Shown: piece by piece, positions 8,825-17,528 of the stretch
How positions within the stretch are numbered: position 1 is the first letter of the stretch
Layout of the letters: each line of letters begins with the position of its first letter
NCBI GenBank assembly: GCA_051277445.1
Contig: JBNMQC010000003.1
Span: 14,391-78,390, forward strand
Reading direction: 5' to 3'
DNA: 64,000 bases
Origin: Bermanella sp.
GTDB lineage: Bacteria; Pseudomonadota; Gammaproteobacteria; Pseudomonadales; Oceanobacteraceae
The notes under the pieces: generated by a model
What the model saw: only the letters and a program-made list of their open reading frames with translations
Databases searched by the model: none
What the model was told of the DNA's origin: nothing
Made by a program: the position numbers and the translations under genes

Positions 8825-8959
8825 ATGAAATCTCAACGTCCAGACCTTATGGTTATTATAAGTATTGTGTTCGTACTAGGCGCGGTTGCTACCAGCCTAA
8901 CTGCAAATAGCGATGATCGAAATGTTCGCCCACAAGTTTCACAGCACATGATTCGTTAA
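8825..8959 (+). CDS. Small 44-aa single-pass membrane or secreted protein (below the ORF-track cutoff)
   Basis: MKSQRPDLMVIISIVFVLGAVATSLTANSDDRNVRPQVSQHMIR*; GGAG at 8811-8814; one hydrophobic segment; fills the gap between EVE and ygfA. Confidence 0.6.
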   Translation: MKSQRPDLMVIISIVFVLGAVATSLTANSDDRNVRPQVSQHMIR

Positions 8960-8978
8960 GCGCATTTGGCTTAATGAA

Positions 8979-9581
8979 TCATGTTTTAACTTTATACGCT
9001 TTTATATCTGTGATGATGCCATCTAAAGGCACATCCCATGACTCGATGGGCAGCTTCTCAACTTTTTGAAATTCATGGGCTAGACCAATTAATCTTGGTT
9101 TATTCAGGCTGTTTTGTTTTAAGAATTCGAAGGTTCGATCGTAAAATCCCCCTCCCATTCCCAAACGCCCACCATTTTCATCAAATGCCACCAAGGGCAT
9201 GAATACCACATCCAGTTGTTTGGCCGGTACTAGCGTATTTCGTCTTGGATCTGGTTCTAATATGCCAAATTTATTTTTAATCTGAGGCCCATCATCCGGG
9301 GCAAAGCAAAGGTGGCCGTTCTTAGTGGGACTTAGGCTTGGTAGCAGAATGGACTTCCCTCTGTATCGGGCTTTTTCCATGACCACAATAGGATCCATCT
9401 CTCCATCATTGGCTAGATACATAGCAATATTTTGAGCCCGTTGAAACCAAGGCTGGGTAAAGACAATTTGGCTGAGGTTGCGAGCCGCCTGTAATTGTTG
9501 CTGCGGGCTCAATTGGCTGCGCTGATGGCGCATGAACTGACGAATACTAGAACGATCAGATAGGTCGTATTCGGTTGTCAA
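8979..9581 (-). CDS. ygfA: 5-formyltetrahydrofolate cyclo-ligase
   Basis: YLANDGE, GILEP, LDVVFMPLVAFD, RLGMGGGFYDR and ESWDVPLD motifs; directly downstream of 6S RNA. TTG at 9581 (GGAGAG 7 nt upstream) is preferred over GTG at 9596. Confidence 0.93.
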   Translation of the reverse strand: MTTEYDLSDRSSIRQFMRHQRSQLSPQQQLQAARNLSQIVFTQPWFQRAQNIAMYLANDGEMDPIVVMEKARYRGKSILLPSLSPTKNGHLCFAPDDGPQIKNKFGILEPDPRRNTLVPAKQLDVVFMPLVAFDENGGRLGMGGGFYDRTFEFLKQNSLNKPRLIGLAHEFQKVEKLPIESWDVPLDGIITDIKAYKVKT

Positions 9582-9585
9582 AATA

Positions 9586-9766
9586 GGGCTCTCCACTGTG
9601 CCGCTGTCAGAGAAAGGCCTTGAACCGAGAGGTCCAAGGTGGCGGTTCCAGAACTGATTCGGGCTTTCCGCTCAAGGCGGACATGCACGCCCTCAATGCT
9701 TAGGAACCTCCAAAATAATGATTAAGGCTCGAGGACTTCAAAGACTGGCAAACACCCCAGAGAGCC
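9586..9766 (-). ncRNA. ssrS: 6S RNA
   Basis: Canonical position between zapA and ygfA; ~180 nt; complementary ends (GCTCTCTGGGGTGTT ... GGCACAGTGGAGAGC); CCTTGGACC..GGTTCAAGG 3' hairpin like that of gammaproteobacterial 6S; TATAAT on the minus strand at 9772-9777. Confidence 0.9.
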
Positions 9767-9858
9767 ATGAAATTATAACTCAGTTAAATGGCTTTTGCCG
9801 CACATTCTCAGGAATTAAAGTGTACTAATTCCCTTGCATTTTGCGTATTTTTGAGATG

Positions 9859-10167
9859 CTAGTCGCCAAGATCCATCTGCTGATCTTGTGCCAATGCCCC
9901 CTCAAGCTTGTTATTCATTTGCTTGATTTGGCTTTGCGTGGTCTCACTGCCACAGGTGGCGTTGAGGTAATCGTAGGCTAGATTTAAGGCAGCCATGATG
10001 GCGACGCGCTCTGAACCATACAGTTTGCCTTGGCCTTTTATCTCGCGCATGCGTACGTCTAACAATTGAGCGGCACGCTCTAAATCTTGGCGATTTTCAG
10101 CTGGGCAAGCGACGAGGTATTCCTTACCTAGTAGCTCAACACTGACAGTTGAATCAGGTTTACTCAT
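9859..10167 (-). CDS. zapA: Cell division protein ZapA
   Basis: LLGKEYLVACP, AAQLLD.RM and ERVAIMAALN motifs. Confidence 0.93.
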   Translation of the reverse strand: MSKPDSTVSVELLGKEYLVACPAENRQDLERAAQLLDVRMREIKGQGKLYGSERVAIMAALNLAYDYLNATCGSETTQSQIKQMNNKLEGALAQDQQMDLGD

Positions 10168-10375
10168 TGGGTTCGTGCTCCAACAGCTTTAAACGGGAAA
10201 GCATTTCGGCAATTTTATTACGCGCCAGTTCATTCTGTTGCAGCAAACGCTGACGCTCGTGTTGCCAAGATTCCGTCTCAGCTTTGAGCATGCGATTTTC
10301 TTCTTTCGTGCGCTGATAGGCAGAAATCAGCTCATCGAGTTTTTTATTAATGTCTTTAAGACTTGGGGAATCCAT
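10160..10375 (-). CDS. TIGR02449-family coiled-coil protein (ZapB-like)
   Basis: 71-aa coiled coil with ER..LLQQNELARNKI.EMLSRLK; overlaps the zapA start. Confidence 0.85.
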   Translation of the reverse strand: MDSPSLKDINKKLDELISAYQRTKEENRMLKAETESWQHERQRLLQQNELARNKIAEMLSRLKLLEHEPNE

Positions 10376-10474
10376 TGTGCACCCTATTTGGCAGATGGGG
10401 TAAATATAATCTTGTGGCCTTGGTGGGTCAATTACAGCCGTGATAGGATTGCTTATTTTAGTAAGAGCCTGCCC

Positions 10475-11050
10475 ATGTCCAGTTCTGATAACCGCCCCGC
10501 CAAGCTATCTCGATTTGATCTTTACAGTAACATTGCCCTAAGCCAAGGGGCGTTAGCGTCACCTGCGGCCATGCAAGGCTGGCTGACGGGCTACTTATCC
10601 ACAGGTGCACGCTTAACCAAAGAGCAGTGGTTAGCCGAAAGTGCAGAATATCTTGCATTAGCAGACGCTTGGAACGATAAAAGCAAACTGCCTATCTTGG
10701 GTTTCTATCAAGATGAGTTAAAACAAATCCAAGGGCAAGACCTAGACTATCAGTTATTGATGCCGGGTGACGATGAAGATTTTGAAGTGCGCATGCAGGC
10801 CTTCTCTGAATGGTCTAAGGGCTTTCTAGATGGTTTTGGGGCGTCAGGGCGCATTGCAGAGTCAGATATCACAGAAGATGTGATGGAAATTTTGAAGCAT
10901 TACGATGCATTCAGTTATGGCATTGAAGAAGATGACATAGACGAGGACAGTGAGCGTTTATTTACCGAGCTTGTTGAGCATGCCCGAGTCACAGCGTTAT
11001 TTATGTTTTACCATTTCAATCAAGCTCAGCAAGAACCGAAACTGCATTAA
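10475..11050 (+). CDS. ygfB: UPF0149 family protein (YgfB/YecA)
   Basis: SPA.MQG.LTG, LLMPGDDE, W.KGFL.GFG and ELVEH.R motifs; upstream of pepP. ATG 10475 is preferred over 10238. Confidence 0.85.
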   Translation: MSSSDNRPAKLSRFDLYSNIALSQGALASPAAMQGWLTGYLSTGARLTKEQWLAESAEYLALADAWNDKSKLPILGFYQDELKQIQGQDLDYQLLMPGDDEDFEVRMQAFSEWSKGFLDGFGASGRIAESDITEDVMEILKHYDAFSYGIEEDDIDEDSERLFTELVEHARVTALFMFYHFNQAQQEPKLH

Positions 11051-11059
11051 CAGGAAAAG

Positions 11060-12373
11060 GTGGTTACGATGAATTTCATTCAGCACCGCGACGCGTTATT
11101 TAGCAAAATGGCGGAAAACAGCTTGGCGGTTATTCCGTCTGCCGATATTCATCTGCGTAATCGAGATGCTGATTTTCCATTTCGCCAAAGCAGCGACTTG
11201 TTCTATTTAACGGGTTTTATTGAAGACAGTGCTTGCTTGGTGTTGCAAAAAAAAGCCGGGGTATGTCAGAGCGTTTTATTTTGCCAGGCCAAGGTCAAAG
11301 AAATGGAAATCTGGACGGGTTACCGCCTTGGACCAGAAGCGGCCATCGATGCGTTAGGTTTAACGGACGCATTTAGTTATGCCGCACTGCATGAAAAGCT
11401 GCCCGACCTAATGGCGGATTGTGATCAGGTTTACGCGGCTTGGGGCAGTGATAAAGCATGGGACGCGCGCTTAATTGAAGCCATCGAAAAAGTAAAACTG
11501 AAAGCCCGTACCGGTGTTCAAGCGCCTACTGCAATGCAGGCCATTGAGCCTTTGCTGCATGAATTACGTTTAATTAAAGATGATGCTGAAATTGAAGTGA
11601 TGGCCAAAGCGGCGGATATCAGCGCTCATGCTCATATAGCGGCCATGCAACAGGTTAAGCCTGGCATGTTTGAATATCAGCTAGAAGGCACCATTCGAAA
11701 CTATTGTGCCCAACAGGGATCGCGTTTTGATGCCTACACCAGCATTGTTGGCAGCGGTGAAAATGCCTGCATCCTGCATTACACCGCCAATGATCAAAAG
11801 ATTAAAGACGGTGATTTAATCCTGATTGATGCGGGTTGCGAAGTGAACCATTACGCCAGTGACATCACCCGTACCTTTCCTGCCAATGGACGTTTTAGTG
11901 CTGAGCAGAAAGCCCTTTATCAGTTGGTATTAGACGCTCAGTTTGCTGCCATTGACGCCGTCAAACCGGGCAATCATTTTAATCAGCCCCATGAAGTGGT
12001 CTTGCAGATATTAACGGCAGGTCTTGTGGATCTTGGGTTGCTTGAAGGCGATGTGGCCACATTAATTGAAAAAGAAGCCTATAAACCTTTTTACATGCAT
12101 CGCACCAGTCATTGGCTGGGTATGGATGTGCATGATGTGGGCGCTTATAAAGTGGATGGCAACTGGCGCGAACTGCAACCGGGTATGGTGTTAACCATTG
12201 AGCCGGGTTTATACATTGCACCGGATGATGAAAGCGTGGACGCCAAATGGCGCGGTATCGGCATTCGTATTGAAGATGATGTTTTGGTGACGGATGAAGG
12301 GCATCGTGTGCTCAGTGCGCATGTGCCAAAAACCATTGAAGAAATTGAACGACTAATGGCTGAGGGTGAATGA
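11060..12373 (+). CDS. pepP: Xaa-Pro aminopeptidase
   Basis: FRQSSD..YLTGF, LIDAGCE, YASDITRTFP, HWLGMDVHDVG, EPGLY and GIRIEDDV motifs. ATG 11069 is a possible start. Confidence 0.96.
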   Translation: MVTMNFIQHRDALFSKMAENSLAVIPSADIHLRNRDADFPFRQSSDLFYLTGFIEDSACLVLQKKAGVCQSVLFCQAKVKEMEIWTGYRLGPEAAIDALGLTDAFSYAALHEKLPDLMADCDQVYAAWGSDKAWDARLIEAIEKVKLKARTGVQAPTAMQAIEPLLHELRLIKDDAEIEVMAKAADISAHAHIAAMQQVKPGMFEYQLEGTIRNYCAQQGSRFDAYTSIVGSGENACILHYTANDQKIKDGDLILIDAGCEVNHYASDITRTFPANGRFSAEQKALYQLVLDAQFAAIDAVKPGNHFNQPHEVVLQILTAGLVDLGLLEGDVATLIEKEAYKPFYMHRTSHWLGMDVHDVGAYKVDGNWRELQPGMVLTIEPGLYIAPDDESVDAKWRGIGIRIEDDVLVTDEGHRVLSAHVPKTIEEIERLMAEGE

Positions 12374-13599
12374 ATAAATCATTTGATGTCATCATCGTTG
12401 GTGCCGGCATGGTGGGTGCAAGCCTCGCCTTGTTACTGCGCCAGTGTATGTCTCAGGGGTTATCGGTTGCATTGATTGATGAGCATGAGATTCGAGTGAA
12501 TGATGGCCAACAGCCCAGCTTTGATGATCGCACAACGGCTTTATCCTTGGGTACGCAGCGCATCCTAGAAACGCTTTCGTTGTGGCCGAATCTGCGCCAA
12601 CACAGTTGTGCCATTGAACATATTCAAGTGAGTCAGCAAGGTCAATTTGGTCGGGTGCGCCTGCATGCAAACGATGAAGGCGTCTCTTCTCTAGGCAGTG
12701 TGATTCCTAATCGCGCATTGGGCCAAGGTTTTTCTCAAGCTTTATTAGGCTGCGATCACCTTACTATTTTAGCGCCAGCCAATGTTCAGTCCTATGAAAT
12801 GCATGACCAAGGGGCCCAATTAACCCTTGAGAAAGAGGGCGAGATTGAGCGCCTACAAACGTCGTTATTGGTGCTAGCGGATGGCGCGCGAAGTGCTGGT
12901 TGCAAACAACTGGGTATCGAGCAGCAGCGCCATGATTATGGTCAGACGGCACTGATCTGCAATGTCAGTTTTGATCGGCCGCATGATCATTGGGCGTACG
13001 AGCGATTTACTCAAGGAGGCCCTTTGGCGTTGCTGCCTATGCATGGCAACCGTTTTGCGTTGGTTTGGTGTATGCCTCATGAACAGGCGCAGGCGTGTTT
13101 AGAGCTAGACGAATCATCATTTAATCAGCGTCTACAAGGCATGCTGGGGTTCGATAAAGGCCGCATCATCAAAAGCGGTGAAAGGTCTTGCTATCCGCTG
13201 GCTCTGACACAAGCAAAAGAACAGGTTCGCCGTCACTTGGTGATACTGGGTAACGCGGCTCACGGTTTACACCCTGTGGCTGGACAGGGCTTCAACCTAG
13301 CCCTGCGTGACGCCAATGAGCTGGCTAAAAATATTACTCACACCTACCTCAATCAAGGCCTAGGTCAATTGGGCGAGCTTGCTCATTTGCTAAGGTATCA
13401 GCATGCACAGCAGCACGATCAAGCGCTCACAATTAATTTAAGCCATCACTTGCCAACCCAGTTTGCTCAAACCGGATGTGCCTGGTCCATGATGCGTAGC
13501 CTAGGTTTAACCATGATGGATAGCGTACCTCTGGCAAAAACAGTATTCGCTCGTCAAGCCATGGGGTTAGTGGGTGCCACACAGGCTTGGCAGCCTTGA
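12370..13599 (+). CDS. ubiH: 2-octaprenyl-6-methoxyphenol hydroxylase
   Basis: GAGMVG FAD motif, ERFTQGGPLALLP and GNAAHGLHPVAGQGFNLALRD; follows pepP. Confidence 0.9.
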   Translation: MNKSFDVIIVGAGMVGASLALLLRQCMSQGLSVALIDEHEIRVNDGQQPSFDDRTTALSLGTQRILETLSLWPNLRQHSCAIEHIQVSQQGQFGRVRLHANDEGVSSLGSVIPNRALGQGFSQALLGCDHLTILAPANVQSYEMHDQGAQLTLEKEGEIERLQTSLLVLADGARSAGCKQLGIEQQRHDYGQTALICNVSFDRPHDHWAYERFTQGGPLALLPMHGNRFALVWCMPHEQAQACLELDESSFNQRLQGMLGFDKGRIIKSGERSCYPLALTQAKEQVRRHLVILGNAAHGLHPVAGQGFNLALRDANELAKNITHTYLNQGLGQLGELAHLLRYQHAQQHDQALTINLSHHLPTQFAQTGCAWSMMRSLGLTMMDSVPLAKTVFARQAMGLVGATQAWQP

Positions 13600-13620
13600 T
13601 ATTCGCAATGAGATAAAACC

Positions 13621-14838
13621 ATGAATCAGCAGTTTGATGTGATTATTATTGGCGGCGGTTTAGTGGGGGCTTCGTTAGCCTGCGCACTAAAAGAAACTCG
13701 TCTGTCGGTTGCCTTAATCGAAGCCCAGACGCCGGCGCTGCCACAATATGCTGAGGTGTCACTTGAGAACGCAGACTTACGTGTGAGCGCCCTGAACCGA
13801 GCCAGCGAGTCCTTTTTGCGTCATCTAGGTGTTTGGCAAACCCTATCACCAGCTCGCTTAAGCCCTTACGACAAGATGCGCGTTTGGGATGGAGAAGGCA
13901 CTGGTCACATTCAATTTAATGCCGCTGAATTGGCTGAAAGTCATTTAGGTCACATCGTTGAGAATACGGTAACCAATACCGGCTTAATGGACGCTTTGGC
14001 GCAGCAAGGTAACGTTCAAATATTTAGCCCAGTGAAACTGCAAACCATTGAGCCATTAAATGATGATGCTTCAGGTTACTTGCTTCAACTAGATAACGGG
14101 CAGTTATTACAGACCCCAATGCTAGTGGCTGCAGACGGCGCACGCTCATGGGTGCGGGAATGGGCCGGCTTTGAAACCCGTGAATGGGATTATGAACATC
14201 ATGCCTTGGTGTGTACGGTCGAGGTCGAAAAAGACCATGAGCGCTGTGCCTGGCAGCGCTTTACCGAAGACGGCGTGCTGGCCTTCTTACCCATGGCTCA
14301 ATCTAATTTGTGCAGTATTGTTTGGTCTTGCCCACAGGCTCGCGCGGAACACTTGTTAGGCCTCAGCGATGAGGACTTCTTAAATGAACTGTCCCGTGGG
14401 TTTGAATCAATGCTAGGGCCCGTGACGGGATGTGGCAAGCGAGCCGCGATTCCTTTGCGCCAGCGTCATGCAAAAAACTACGTGAAAGACGGTATTGTCT
14501 TGGTGGGGGATGCTGCTCACAGTATTCACCCGTTAGCAGGACAAGGGGTGAATCTGGGTTTTATGGATGCGTATGTGCTGGCGGATGAGATCAAGCAGGG
14601 GTTGGCAAGAGGGTTAAGTGCTCACCACCCGCATGTTTTGGCCCGATTTGAACGCCGACGTATGCCAGAAAATTTATCGATGATGGCTACTATGGAAGGT
14701 TTTAAGCGTATGTTTGCAGTTAAGTCTCCGGGCCTGCGGTGGTTGCGCAATTGGGGTATGAGCAATATGAACCGTGTGGGTTTCTTAAAAAATCATATCG
14801 TGCAGATGGCCATGGGCAATCAACGGGAAATCCGTTAG
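13621..14838 (+). CDS. ubiI: FAD-dependent ubiquinone biosynthesis hydroxylase UbiI/VisC family
   Basis: GGGLVG, RVSAL, AADGARS and GDAAHSIHPLAGQGVNLG motifs; downstream of ubiH. Confidence 0.85.
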   Translation: MNQQFDVIIIGGGLVGASLACALKETRLSVALIEAQTPALPQYAEVSLENADLRVSALNRASESFLRHLGVWQTLSPARLSPYDKMRVWDGEGTGHIQFNAAELAESHLGHIVENTVTNTGLMDALAQQGNVQIFSPVKLQTIEPLNDDASGYLLQLDNGQLLQTPMLVAADGARSWVREWAGFETREWDYEHHALVCTVEVEKDHERCAWQRFTEDGVLAFLPMAQSNLCSIVWSCPQARAEHLLGLSDEDFLNELSRGFESMLGPVTGCGKRAAIPLRQRHAKNYVKDGIVLVGDAAHSIHPLAGQGVNLGFMDAYVLADEIKQGLARGLSAHHPHVLARFERRRMPENLSMMATMEGFKRMFAVKSPGLRWLRNWGMSNMNRVGFLKNHIVQMAMGNQREIR

Positions 14839-15710
14839 CTCAGCCCATAGTTGTTAGGGCTAATGCCGAGTTCGGCAAAGGTTTCTTTAAAGCTTTCAAG
14901 GTCATAGTCATTAAAGCCAAGGTATTCTAAAACCATTTGGCCGATATCTTGCCATTCAAAATCTTCATCCTGGCGACCCAGTACCTTGTAGGTGCCGCAG
15001 ATATGCTCTGCCATTTTTAATATACAAGTAAGGGTTGTCTGATCATTTTCGATGGTTTGTTTGCTGAATAACCGTTTGCAATTGTGGTGCTCGGCAATGA
15101 TTTCACACAGCACTTTAGGCAGGTTCCATGACTTGGCTGTGAAGTACCCAATCACCGCATGGTTGGTGTTCAGTTGCTGGTTCTCAAAATCAATGATGCG
15201 GTTATACCCGCCACTGTAGCTTTCTTCTAAGACCTCCAAGTAATTGGGGTAGCGGTTCATCAGCAGAGGCACCCCCACATTGTGGAACAGACCGAGTGCG
15301 TAAGCATTGTCTGGGTAGCTGTAACCCACCTGTTTGGCGATGGTGGCGCTGGTCATGGCCACATCCATAGCGCTGTCCCAGAAGCGGGTCAGACTCTTGA
15401 TTGTGTCATCCGTCATGGAGCTTTTGATGCTGATACCATTGACGATGTTCACCACGCTGTTCATCCCTAGCAGACCTACGGCTTGTTGGATGCTGGTGAT
15501 TTCGTTTGATAACCCATAAAACTGGCTGTTGACCACTTTTAATACCGTCCCCGCTAGACCCACGTCTTGTTTGATTAGCTCGGCAATGCGGTTGATGTCA
15601 GGGTCAGGCATGACTTGCTCCATCTGTAAGTCCACCATAATCTGAGGTTGAGGTGGAATACTGATGCCTTGAAGGATTTTGCTGATTTGATCTTCGCTAA
15701 GTTCAGACAC
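14835..15710 (-). CDS. HDOD domain-containing protein
   Basis: IPPQPQI, DVGLAG.VLKVVNS, ALGLFHNVG, NHAVIGY..AKSWNLP and IAEHH motifs. GTG 15710 is preferred; the ORF track uses ATG 15740. Confidence 0.88.
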   Translation of the reverse strand: MSELSEDQISKILQGISIPPQPQIMVDLQMEQVMPDPDINRIAELIKQDVGLAGTVLKVVNSQFYGLSNEITSIQQAVGLLGMNSVVNIVNGISIKSSMTDDTIKSLTRFWDSAMDVAMTSATIAKQVGYSYPDNAYALGLFHNVGVPLLMNRYPNYLEVLEESYSGGYNRIIDFENQQLNTNHAVIGYFTAKSWNLPKVLCEIIAEHHNCKRLFSKQTIENDQTTLTCILKMAEHICGTYKVLGRQDEDFEWQDIGQMVLEYLGFNDYDLESFKETFAELGISPNNYGLS

Positions 15711-15742
15711 GCTGCTTGGCCTAATTATGTATATCTCCATTT

Positions 15743-15752
15743 AGTTTAGACA
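15743..15752 (-). promoter_or_regulatory. Putative RpoS-type extended -10 (TGTCTAAACT) for the HDOD gene
   Basis: Third copy of the same 10-mer, in sense orientation about 30 nt upstream of the likely GTG start. Confidence 0.4.
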
Positions 15753-15817
15753 ATATTTGATGATTCCCAGTTATAATTACGAAACTCTTTGTTCTTATTA
15801 TTACCCCTAGGATACAC

Positions 15818-17011
15818 ATGACCTTACCCATTTTGCGCCTTCGAGCGAAAGAAGATAAACGCCTGCGACAAGGTCATGTTTGGATCTATAGCAATGAGGT
15901 GGACACCAAGGCATCGCCTCTAAAGAGTTTCACCTCAGGTGAGCAGGTCATTGTGCAAAGCTCACAAGGGAAGAACTTAGGTGTTGCATACATTAACCCA
16001 AATAGTTTGATTTGTGCGCGCTTACTGTCCCGCCGCGCTAAGCTATTTGGTCGTGGTCAGATTATGCAAAAGATAGAAATGGCATTGGCGCTGCGAGAAG
16101 CCTGCTTTGACCAACCCCATTATCGCTTAGTATATGGCGAAAGTGACGGACTGCCTGGATTGGTGATCGATCGTTTTGGTGATTATTTTGTGGCACAAAT
16201 ATCCACTGCCGGCATGGAAGCCATGAAGTCACAAATTCAGGGTGCATTAACACGCATATTTGATATTAAAGGTTTGCTATGGAAAAACGATGGCAAAATG
16301 CGTGTGCAAGAAGGCTTAGATGAATACGTTGAGGTCGCCGTGGGTGAAGTACCTAAAATGGTACCTATGATTGAAAATCTAACCCAATTTGAAGTCCCTG
16401 TTTGGGATGGACAAAAGACGGGCTGGTTTTATGATCATCGCCTAAATCGTGAACGCATCAATCGTCATGTGAAAGGCAAGCGCGTATTGGATATTTGCAG
16501 TTACGCTGGTGGCTGGGGTGTGCAAGCGGCAACGGCTGGTGCAGAGCATGTCACCTGTGTGGATGTATCTAAGCAGGCACTCGACTGGGTTGAAAATAAT
16601 GCAGCACTGAACGGCGTTGCTGATTCGGTCAGCTGCATTCAAGGGGATGCGTTTACGGTGATGGAAAAGCTGATTGAAGAAGGACAGCTGTTTGATGTGG
16701 TGATCTTAGATCCGCCTGCATTTATTCCAAAGCGCAAAGATATCCCAGCCGGTGAGCGTGCCTATCAAAAACTGAATCAACTGGGTATGCGTTTGTTGGG
16801 CAGCGATGGCTTCTTGCTCAGTGCGTCTTGCTCTATGCATTTAAGTGAAAGCAGTTTAGAAAATATGCTGATGCAAGCTGGTCGTCACCTTGATCGTCAT
16901 GTGCAAATTATAGAGCGAGGCGGTCAAGGCCCTGACCATCCCGTACATCCTGCTATTCATGAAACCCGTTATATAAAAAGTTTGATGTGCCGTGTTGCAT
17001 TTAATGTATAA
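15818..17011 (+). CDS. rlmI: 23S rRNA m5C1962 methyltransferase RlmI family
   Basis: GHVWIYSNE, ESDGLPGLVIDRF, GQKTGWFYDHR, SYAGGW and DVVILDPPAF motifs. Confidence 0.88.
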   Translation: MTLPILRLRAKEDKRLRQGHVWIYSNEVDTKASPLKSFTSGEQVIVQSSQGKNLGVAYINPNSLICARLLSRRAKLFGRGQIMQKIEMALALREACFDQPHYRLVYGESDGLPGLVIDRFGDYFVAQISTAGMEAMKSQIQGALTRIFDIKGLLWKNDGKMRVQEGLDEYVEVAVGEVPKMVPMIENLTQFEVPVWDGQKTGWFYDHRLNRERINRHVKGKRVLDICSYAGGWGVQAATAGAEHVTCVDVSKQALDWVENNAALNGVADSVSCIQGDAFTVMEKLIEEGQLFDVVILDPPAFIPKRKDIPAGERAYQKLNQLGMRLLGSDGFLLSASCSMHLSESSLENMLMQAGRHLDRHVQIIERGGQGPDHPVHPAIHETRYIKSLMCRVAFNV

Positions 17012-17029
17012 CAATAAAAGTAAGCAAAA

Positions 17030-17467
17030 ATGAAAGCATTAATTCAGCGTGTTAAGCACGCAAAAGTTGAAGTGGACGATGAAATAACGGGTGAAATTAA
17101 CCAAGGTATTTTGGTGCTACTGGGTGTTGAAAAAAATGATACGCAAGAAATTGCCGATAAACTTTTAAAGAAACTACTAGCGTATCGAATTTTTTCGGAC
17201 GAACAGGGCAAGATGAATTTAAACGTGCAGCAAGTGGCGGGCAGTTTACTTGTGGTTTCACAATTCACCTTGGTGGCCGATACTCAAAAAGGTACGCGCC
17301 CAGGATTCTCAAAAGGTGCGTCACCACAACTAGGTGAGCAGTTGTATGATTATTTTGTCGCAAAAAGTGCTGAAGTTATCACAACACAAACCGGCCGATT
17401 TGGTGCGGATATGCAAGTAAGTCTGAAAAACGATGGACCTGTGACTTTCATGCTTGAAATGCATTAA
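17030..17467 (+). CDS. dtd: D-aminoacyl-tRNA deacylase
   Basis: [25 protein letters not shown] and NDGPVTF motifs. Confidence 0.97.
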   Translation: MKALIQRVKHAKVEVDDEITGEINQGILVLLGVEKNDTQEIADKLLKKLLAYRIFSDEQGKMNLNVQQVAGSLLVVSQFTLVADTQKGTRPGFSKGASPQLGEQLYDYFVAKSAEVITTQTGRFGADMQVSLKNDGPVTFMLEMH

Positions 17468-17492
17468 ATTCGACGGGCGTTATGCTGAAAAT

Positions 17493-17519
17493 AAAAAGGC
17501 GACCATGGGTCGCCTTTTT
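17493..17519. terminator. Bidirectional intrinsic terminator
   Basis: AAAAAGGCGACC-ATG-GGTCGCCTTTTT between convergent dtd and mrcA. Confidence 0.9.
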
Positions 17520-17528
17520 AGTGTTTGT

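Noticed and set aside
10238-10474. 79-aa N-terminal extension of YgfB in the ORF track
   Set aside because: It overlaps the divergent TIGR02449 gene and its promoter region; family similarity begins after ATG 10475.
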